A DNA stretch of 64,000 nucleotides, taken from NCBI GenBank assembly GCA_965217865.1, contig CBDCJO010000002.1:4352001-4416000 (forward strand), read 5' to 3'. Shown here piece after piece: positions 57,355-64,000 of the stretch. A program made the translations under genes and the position numbers. The notes under the pieces were generated by a model that searched no databases, had not been told where the DNA came from, and was given only the letters and a program-made list of their open reading frames with translations. The number at the start of each line of letters is the position of its first letter. The stretch's first letter is position 1. The DNA comes from Candidatus Latescibacterota bacterium. Lineage in GTDB: Bacteria; Latescibacterota; UBA2968; SICM01.

Positions 57355-58024
57355 GTCGGAGGTCAGAGGTCGGAGGTCAGGGGTCAGGAAAAGCCAGGGG
57401 CCAGAGGTCGGGGGTCGGGGAAAAGCAGTAGCAGGTGGCAGGGGCCAGGGAAAAGAAAAAACTGTGAAACGTGAAACGGAAGTCAAGGATCGGATCACAT
57501 CCATCCAGCGTTTGACGTTTCACGGCTCTTCTTTCCGAGTCACGAGCCGCGATGATTCCCTCCAGATTTGCACAGGCTAGCCGCGGTCGGGGTGGAGCCC
57601 CCTTTAACAACGAGGTGTTTGAAGGATGATTTCGATTCGAAAAAATTGGCGATTGATTGGCTTGATAATTTTCTTGATGGTTATGTTCGCCATCCTTATA
57701 CCTCTCTTGGCTTTCGGATAGGGGTGCGCACGTCTTCGACAACATCGTCTCGGGTGCGGCGCTACCGAACGATCGCTCAGAATCAATGTGTTACCACACA
57801 GGGTCGAGCTTCAAACTCAACTCGGCCTGTGCCACGTGGCTTGACAAGCCTCAGAAACCTACAAGGCTGAATCTGTCCGCCGAAAGCGCTACTGAGGATC
57901 TTTAGGGTCAAGAAATTATAGAATTTGACGAAAATTAGAGATAAGGATCCGGAATATGTTCGGGCCCGGTCAGCAGGAACCGATATTTCGTTTTAAGAAT
58001 TGGCCATAGACTGGAGAAATCTGC

Positions 58025-59035
58025 ATGCCAGACATACTGTCACAGGATGAGATAGATGCCCTTCTGACGGCCACAGGCAGTCCCGAATCAGGAGGGGGTG
58101 GTCGGGAGGTCAAGTCAGCCGCAGCTCCGATCAAGCCTGTTGTGACCTACGACTTTAAACACCCCAACCGGGTCTCTAAGGATCAGATACGCACCCTGGA
58201 GAACATCCACTCCAGCCTTGCCAGAAACCTAGCCGCCTCGTTCTCCAACCTCCAGCGGGCGGTGGTGGACGCCGACATCGCTTTTGTGGACCAGACCACA
58301 TATGCAGAGTTCATCATGTCTCTGTCCAACCCATCCTGCTCCTACGTCTTCGCCATAGAACCCCTGGGCGGACCGGCGGTGATCGATTTTGCCCTGCCGG
58401 TGGCCTATTCTTTCGTGGATCGCCAGTTCGGCGGGAAAGGAAGCACACCATCATCCGGAGATGCACGCGTGCTCACCTCGATCGAACGGAGCGTGATGGG
58501 CAAAGTGGTGGCCCGCACTCTGGAGGATCTGGAGGCCACCTGGGAAACCCTGCTGAAAATCCAGATGTCGGATGCGGAACTGGAGACCAACCCCGAATTT
58601 ATGCAGGTCGCCGCGGCTTCGGACACCGTCCTGCTGATCGCTTTCGAGATCAACAGCCAGCACGCCTCCGGCCTGGTGAACCTCTGCTACCCGTTTTTTA
58701 CCCTGGAACCCGTCATCAACCTGCTCAACGTGCAGAACTGGGCATATCGGGAAAAGGGGCGGAAGGAGTCCGAAAAGGTTTACCGCCTTTCCCAGCTAAC
58801 CCAGGTGATGGCCCCAATCCGGGCGGTCCTGGGGAAAGCAGAGGTCACCTTCGGAGATGTGCTGAACCTCCGCGTGGGTGACGTGTTGAAGCTCGACACG
58901 CGGGTGAAGGAACCCACCGTCGTCTTCGTCGGGACAAAACCCAAATCCCTGGGACGTCCCGGACTGGTCGGACGCCGAAAGGCCGTCCAGCTCTCTTCCA
59001 AGATCGAGAAGAACGACGAAAAGTTTTTCGAATAA
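58025..59035 (+). CDS. fliM: Flagellar motor switch protein FliM
   Basis: LSQDEIDALL CheY-binding motif, YDFKHPNRVSKDQIRTL, LETNP.F.Q and a C-terminal SpoA domain. Confidence 0.93.
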   Translation: MPDILSQDEIDALLTATGSPESGGGGREVKSAAAPIKPVVTYDFKHPNRVSKDQIRTLENIHSSLARNLAASFSNLQRAVVDADIAFVDQTTYAEFIMSLSNPSCSYVFAIEPLGGPAVIDFALPVAYSFVDRQFGGKGSTPSSGDARVLTSIERSVMGKVVARTLEDLEATWETLLKIQMSDAELETNPEFMQVAAASDTVLLIAFEINSQHASGLVNLCYPFFTLEPVINLLNVQNWAYREKGRKESEKVYRLSQLTQVMAPIRAVLGKAEVTFGDVLNLRVGDVLKLDTRVKEPTVVFVGTKPKSLGRPGLVGRRKAVQLSSKIEKNDEKFFE

Positions 59036-59242
59036 AGCCGTCACGTGTAGCAAGTTCACTTATTTCAACTTCAGGTTAGGATTTCCACCGCTGGCCAGTT
59101 CTGCAATTTGTCCTTCAGCTCCGCAATTCAACTCCCTTTCCAACAGTTCGGCGGCCCTAACCCTCCAGTTTCTGACAGGTCCAGGACGCCCCCCTTTGAA
59201 ATCCTCCTGGATTTCTTTAAATCTTTTCTTCACCAATCAAAT

Positions 59243-59302
59243 AAAAAAGGGGGGTTACCACCGAAACCCGCGTCAGTATTGGGATTTGGCGGTAACCCCT
59301 TT
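59243..59302 (-). terminator. Probable intrinsic terminator between fliM and the TPR genes
   Basis: GGGGTTACC..GGTAACCCC long stem followed by T6 on the minus strand. Confidence 0.6.
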
Positions 59303-59405
59303 CAGATTTTCACGAATCAAAAACCGGATCCGGGTCCCCTCTGAGAGGAAAGACGGGAGGAGGGTGGGAATAGAGGATGGTTGGGGAGGGCCGGTCTGAA
59401 CCTTT

Positions 59406-59433
59406 AGGAGATGGATTTTATCGTCCATCTCCT
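59406..59433. terminator. Hairpin, possible second terminator
   Basis: Perfect 10-bp stem AGGAGATGGA/TCCATCTCCT. Confidence 0.4.
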
Positions 59434-59490
59434 CTTTTCGTAGAAATCGTTCAGGATTGTGGATGAAGAAACAACCGGTTGTCAGAATGC

Positions 59491-60255
59491 CTACAGCTCA
59501 CCCCCGAGGGCTTCGATGTTATTTTTTGCGGCATTGCGCCACTGATAATATCCCTTGAGGTGTGTCGTAAATTTCAGGAATTCCTTGAACTCTTTTATGG
59601 CCTCTTCGTCATCCCCCTTATCGATCAGCGCATAAGCCAGCTTGAAATGGGATTCCGGGTGTTCGGGCTTGTATTTGATCGCCTCTCGGAGGTGATAAAT
59701 GGCCGTGTCCAGATCTCCTTTTTTGTACAGGGCTTCTCCGAGATGGGAGTGTGCTTCCACGTGATCTATCTTGGCTTTGAGCGCCCCCCTGAAGCACCTG
59801 ATGGCGGAGTCCACGTCTCCTTTTTTGGTATGTAACTTTCCGAGTTCAAGGTAGGCATCGGCGTATTCCGGCCGAAGCTTGATGATTTCCCGGAAGACCG
59901 ACATTGCCGAGTCCGGATTTCCCTTTTTGACCAGTACCTGCGCAAGGTTAAACCGGGCGACGGTGTTGTTGGGGTGGGCGAAGATCGCCTGCCAGTAGAG
60001 GTTCACGGCTTCGTCCAGCATGCCTTTATTCTGGTAAGCGGCACCGAGACTTATCTGGGCGTTGATGTGATCCGGGTTCTCATCCAGAATCTTCTTGAAG
60101 ACCGCGATAGCTTCGTCCAGCTTTCCCCTCTGCATCAGCCTCACCCCCGAGGTAAACTCAGGGTCCTCATCGGCGGCGGCATCTCCAAAGGGACTTAAAA
60201 TCCCCACGACCATCACGAAAGAGATCCTTGCCAGAATAATAGATAGCCCCTTCAT
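59491..60255 (-). CDS. Secreted TPR-repeat protein
   Basis: Signal peptide and about 6 tandem 34-aa TPRs (A..LG..Y.KKG.LD.AI). Confidence 0.9.
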   Translation of the reverse strand: MKGLSIILARISFVMVVGILSPFGDAAADEDPEFTSGVRLMQRGKLDEAIAVFKKILDENPDHINAQISLGAAYQNKGMLDEAVNLYWQAIFAHPNNTVARFNLAQVLVKKGNPDSAMSVFREIIKLRPEYADAYLELGKLHTKKGDVDSAIRCFRGALKAKIDHVEAHSHLGEALYKKGDLDTAIYHLREAIKYKPEHPESHFKLAYALIDKGDDEEAIKEFKEFLKFTTHLKGYYQWRNAAKNNIEALGGEL

Positions 60256-60284
60256 GTACTGCCTCCTGATCCTGATTAAAGTTC

Positions 60285-61835
60285 CTATTTGGGCTGCACG
60301 GCCCGAGCCTTTCGGGTGGTCTCCATCGCTTCTTTCATCATCCCCTTTTTTCCATATGTCTGGGAAAGCCGGACCAGGCCTTTGTAGTCGTTCGGCCGTA
60401 ATTCCACGTATCGCTTAAAGGCCCCCAGGGCGGCATCGTATTCCCGCTTCCTGTAGTGAGCGTCCCCTTTATTGAAGTAGCTTCGGCAGAGCCAGTCCTT
60501 AACACCGGCGTTTTTCGGCTGAATTTTCAGAAACTTTCGAAAATAGGCCACCGCCTGGCCGTAGTCTTTCCTCCGGAAGCTGTTCTGGCCTCTATGGGCA
60601 TAGATTTTCGCCTTCCCCAACCGGGCGGTTGGGTCGTCTGGCTTAAGGCGAACCACATTATCGTATGCAGCGAGGGCACCGCTATAATCCGAATCCTTGA
60701 GCCGAATATCCCCGAGCTTTCTCCAGGCCTGGTCGCTCGACGAATCAGCCTCCGCAGCCTTCTGGTAAATCGCTTTTGCCTTTTCAGTGTTTTTCAGATT
60801 TTCATAACAGACTCCCGCGTTGAGCAACGGCGCTACGCTAACCGGATCCAATTCCCAGAGCTTGGTGAAATAGCCTGCGGCCTCCGCGTATTGCCTTCGA
60901 TTGAACTGGATGTTGGCGGCGAATTTCGCGAAGTCCGGCGCCCGCATGTCGGACGCCAATGCCTGAGAAGCGGCTTTAAGGGTTTTGTCGTAGTAGATCT
61001 TTGCTTTCAGGCTGTCCGGTTCCGACCCCGCAGTTTTGAACAGGGTTGAGGCAAGGTCCAGGGCTACACCATCGTCTGTCGGAGCGATAGACCAGGCCTT
61101 TTCAAGCGCCTCGATCCGTTGGTCGGACTTTCCGATCTCCTTGTAACTCCGACTGAGTTTCATGAAGTCATTCACATTATCGGCCAAGCTCATGACCTTC
61201 GCCAAAATCTCAAGTTGTTTGGGTTCGTTTCCGACCTCTTGATACCCCTTGCTGAGTTGGAAGTAAACCCCCAAATCGGCCAGTTCGGGGTTCATGGCCA
61301 GGGCTTTCTCAAGCGTCTCAATAAAAAGCTCAGGTTGTTTGTTCAGACGATAGACATCCGCAAGGAGTTTGACCGCCTCCGTCTTTGTCCCGTCGATACG
61401 GATGGCGAATTTCAGTTCCTCGATGGCTTTTTCTCTTTCTCCATCCCTGAGGGCGGCTCTCGCTCCGTTGACGTAAAGTTTCCACGCGCGGGCAATGAAC
61501 TTATCGGCATCCTCAAGATACTTGGGTTTAACATCCTTCATGGACTTGAGGATGTTAAAGGATTCGAGCATCTTCTCCGTCTTTCCAACGTCGCTGTAAA
61601 CCTGACCCAGGAGGAAGCGGGCTTCAGCATCATCCGGGATTCCCTGGACAGCTATCTCAAGTTGCTCGATTGCCTTGTGATATTCACTCAAGGAAATATA
61701 GAGCCGCGCCCCGCGTAGTGCGGCCGTGCCCGCTCCCTTCGAGGGCTTTTTGCCACCTTCGGCCGCGGACCATCCCATCGATAAGAGCACGCACAGGGAA
61801 ACTCCGATCCGGAAAACGTTGAGACTCCGATTCAT
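60285..61835 (-). CDS. Secreted TPR-repeat protein
   Basis: ATG 61835 after AGGAG, signal peptide, many TPR motifs. Confidence 0.88.
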   Translation of the reverse strand: MNRSLNVFRIGVSLCVLLSMGWSAAEGGKKPSKGAGTAALRGARLYISLSEYHKAIEQLEIAVQGIPDDAEARFLLGQVYSDVGKTEKMLESFNILKSMKDVKPKYLEDADKFIARAWKLYVNGARAALRDGEREKAIEELKFAIRIDGTKTEAVKLLADVYRLNKQPELFIETLEKALAMNPELADLGVYFQLSKGYQEVGNEPKQLEILAKVMSLADNVNDFMKLSRSYKEIGKSDQRIEALEKAWSIAPTDDGVALDLASTLFKTAGSEPDSLKAKIYYDKTLKAASQALASDMRAPDFAKFAANIQFNRRQYAEAAGYFTKLWELDPVSVAPLLNAGVCYENLKNTEKAKAIYQKAAEADSSSDQAWRKLGDIRLKDSDYSGALAAYDNVVRLKPDDPTARLGKAKIYAHRGQNSFRRKDYGQAVAYFRKFLKIQPKNAGVKDWLCRSYFNKGDAHYRKREYDAALGAFKRYVELRPNDYKGLVRLSQTYGKKGMMKEAMETTRKARAVQPK

Positions 61836-62002
61836 GCCGGTGTTCTCCTTTCTGGCGCCGCAGGTGGATCCCGACGGCAGCCACGGTATGGAACAATCTC
61901 GGCTCTGAAGATAAGAAAAGTCCGGGGCAGGAGGGAAGTCAAGGAAAAAAAGCTGCGAAACGCCAAACGCGAAGGGGAAGTTGCAAAGGGGTGGCAGAAA
62001 GG

Positions 62003-63256
62003 CTAAAAGGTGTCTCCCAAACAGACAAAGGGGTGCTGTAACGGAAAGAGGACAGAGATCCATTCCCGCAACTTTGAATCCGCATCCTGCCCCCCGCCGA
62101 TAAGCGAGGCATAATCCCGCGTTCCAAAGACCATCTGAACCAGTCCGATTTCAGGGAGGGTCACCCGCCAATCGCAATCCTGAATCAATTCGCCCGTGAT
62201 CACACCTTCCGGCCTAATTCGAAATCCGATACGGTCCCGCTCGGTAACGATGATCAGGTTGGCGGACTCACCATAGAGTGCTGAACCACGAACCCGTTCG
62301 GTGAAGACGTGCGTCAACCTGTCCATCAGCTCAGGTGCATCTATTATTTTTATCAGCAACTCCGAATCGAGGGTCTCTTCAAACACCGCTCCAAGATCGC
62401 GGTACTGGGTTCCAAGAGAGGTGTCTGAAGGGATCGATAACACGATCTCTTCGGAGCGCAGCGTTTTTGCGATTTCACCAACACGCCCCAAAAGGGCGGA
62501 GGCTGTCCGGCCCTCAATCACCCCCCCCTCGTGAATGTGCGTTCGCTTGGAACCTGAGAAAACCCGGACATATCCGGTGATTTCCCCATTGATCTCCGAG
62601 ATGAGGCAGGTTTCCCGTTCGGGCCGAAATGCGACGATTCTCTGGTTGCAAGATGCATAACTCAGGGGATGGCCGATCTCCAGTTGCCAGATCCACTGGG
62701 CGGTTTCCCGCTGAATGCAGGCCGTCCTGAGGGCATGTTCTTGATGGAAAAAGGTGGACAAGGCTCCCGCATCCTCAGGCCCGGCCTCCCGAAGGGGAAG
62801 ATCCGATATCTCCTGCACGGGAAGGGACATCCGGCCGAGGCTGCGACAACAGGCCTCTACATAACCGAATCGCCGATAAAAAGCGGAATCCCCCGAGAGG
62901 TGAGAGATCAGGCCGCCCCTTTCATGCGTGCGTGCGATCGCGTCCTGGATCAGGGAGGTCCCGATGCCACGGCTGCGATAATCTTTCCGGACAACAACAA
63001 AAGCGACGATCGCTGCGGGAATCGGAATACCGCAGACGCTCATCACTCTGGGGATGATCAGGGCGTGACCGATTATTTCACGCCCCACCTGACAGACCCG
63101 GGAACAGTCCGGGGTTACGCCTGTTCCACCCTCCATCAGGGAGCGATAGATGCGACCGTAGGCGGCCCCCATACCGGGTTGGAGGTCGAAGGATTCCCCG
63201 ATCAGATCTGAAATCGCATCGATGTCGCCCTGGGTCTCTACGCCCCGGGCGGGCAT
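62003..63256 (-). CDS. GNAT acetyltransferase, Eis-like (tandem GNAT + SCP2-like tail)
   Basis: VVVRKDYRSRGIGTSL acetyl-CoA motif, FYRRFGY, then a second GNAT-like domain. Confidence 0.8.
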   Translation of the reverse strand: MPARGVETQGDIDAISDLIGESFDLQPGMGAAYGRIYRSLMEGGTGVTPDCSRVCQVGREIIGHALIIPRVMSVCGIPIPAAIVAFVVVRKDYRSRGIGTSLIQDAIARTHERGGLISHLSGDSAFYRRFGYVEACCRSLGRMSLPVQEISDLPLREAGPEDAGALSTFFHQEHALRTACIQRETAQWIWQLEIGHPLSYASCNQRIVAFRPERETCLISEINGEITGYVRVFSGSKRTHIHEGGVIEGRTASALLGRVGEIAKTLRSEEIVLSIPSDTSLGTQYRDLGAVFEETLDSELLIKIIDAPELMDRLTHVFTERVRGSALYGESANLIIVTERDRIGFRIRPEGVITGELIQDCDWRVTLPEIGLVQMVFGTRDYASLIGGGQDADSKLREWISVLFPLQHPFVCLGDTF

Positions 63257-63278
63257 CGTTTCACCGAGCTCTGATATG

Positions 63279-63797
63279 CTACCAACCTCCGACTGCGGTA
63301 CGATCCACGATATCCTTGACCAGTATGGCAAAGGCAGCTCGTATCCCCAATTCCCGCTCCTCCTCCTGGTTTCCGCCCGCCTGGTAGATGCCGTAACCCG
63401 AAAGTCCCTTCTCTTCCCAAACGGTTTCCCCCTTTTTGGTATCGTAAAAAGAGACATTGACAGATACGATGACCCGATTCTGTTCTGCCTGCTCCTGTCC
63501 AGAAATTCCGCCATAGGTAAAGGGTTCATCTCGAATGTCAACCACACGCCCCTGGATGACAAAATCCGCTTGATCCTCATCCACGACCCTCATGTTGGCA
63601 TCCTGGACGAGCGCAACGATCAGGGTGTCTGTCAGACTTTCGTTGATTCCAAACTCCACCGTACTGTTCTCGAAGAGGGGTACGGCCAGGGTTCCTCCGC
63701 CGGACCGACCCGAACCTGAAGTGGAATAAACCCCACAGCCCCATAACAGGATTGTGCACAAGGAAAACTGAGCACCGATTTTACAGGAAATTTTCAT
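63279..63797 (-). CDS. lptE: LptE-family lipoprotein
   Basis: Lipobox LWGC followed by GVYS, LAVPLFENST, ADFVIQGRV and a C-terminal GGW. Confidence 0.8.
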   Translation of the reverse strand: MKISCKIGAQFSLCTILLWGCGVYSTSGSGRSGGGTLAVPLFENSTVEFGINESLTDTLIVALVQDANMRVVDEDQADFVIQGRVVDIRDEPFTYGGISGQEQAEQNRVIVSVNVSFYDTKKGETVWEEKGLSGYGIYQAGGNQEEERELGIRAAFAILVKDIVDRTAVGGW

Positions 63798-63909
63798 CGT
63801 ATTGTCGAAAGTGAAATTTACAGTATTCAAAAACGATAAGCGCAATCACAAAGGGAGTCAACGGTTTTTATGCTGAGGAGAAGCCTTCGATGGGCAACCT
63901 GTTGAGGGT

Positions 63910-63946
63910 AAAAGAAGAGCCACCCCGCAAGTCGGAGTGGCTCTTC
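63910..63946 (-). terminator. Intrinsic terminator of a gene beyond the window end
   Basis: Stem GAAGAGCCAC/GTGGCTCTTC with a T-run on the minus strand. Confidence 0.6.
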
Positions 63947-64000
63947 CTGAAAAGTTCGTCATGCCTGAACGGCCGACGAAAGGGGTCTGATTAATCGTGA

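Noticed and set aside
57354-57550. Possible CRISPR array, also considered at 8905-9110 and 41725-41828
   Set aside because: Units are about 7 nt and degenerate, with no constant 25-45 nt repeat, no unique spacers and no cas genes.
57604-57693. 29-aa Ile-rich minus-strand ORF MANITIKKIIKPINRQFFRIEIILQTPRC with an RBS-like sequence
   Set aside because: No recognisable family and no co-oriented downstream gene to attenuate; cannot be supported.
57790-58024. c-di-GMP riboswitch upstream of fliM
   Set aside because: The GGCAAAC..GAAA..GACGCAAAG signature was not found.
61836-62063. Long N-terminal extensions in ORF-track calls (TPR 62063, GNAT 63580, methyltransferase 34892, 9668, 2541)
   Set aside because: They overlap neighbouring genes or repeat tracts; downstream starts with an RBS, signal peptide or family N-terminus fit better.
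1-64000. Genome-wide amber (TAG) recoding suggested by in-frame TAGs at 24370, 25462 and 54130
   Set aside because: valS, lpdA, udg, aceF and lptE end in TAG at their normal family C-termini, so TAG is a functional stop.

Overview
A 64-kb bacterial chromosomal segment of moderately high GC. A C-terminal 'DFDG..DFFLFA.AFG' paired EF-hand/dockerin-like module, a PhyH gene and a double-length UvrA suggest a Latescibacterota-like or related lineage (inference only). Housekeeping genes: pyrC, valS, aceE-aceF-lpdA, 2-oxoacid:ferredoxin oxidoreductase alpha/beta, uvrA, yicC-gmk-rpoZ-coaBC, udg-dnaB-kptA, lptE and TPR genes. Accessory blocks: a kinase/hybrid-kinase/NtrC cluster, small cassette-like genes, an RND pump, sigZ, a methyltransferase/betaine-ABC-remnant/AsnB cluster, PhyH plus a transglutaminase-like gene, a DmpA pair with an amino-acid ABC transporter, an ARPP-1-like gene, an NHL/Ig surface protein and an orphan fliM. 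One complete IS (48902-50427) has inverted ends and a CTAG target duplication. The most notable signals are: 7/8-nt-period microrepeats in many intergenic gaps, which may also have entered uvrA in frame; GTAG-type REP palindromes; an HD-domain gene with an in-frame amber codon inside the PDH operon; and several genes with clean internal deletions or single-base frameshifts. No rRNA, tRNA or CRISPR array was seen.
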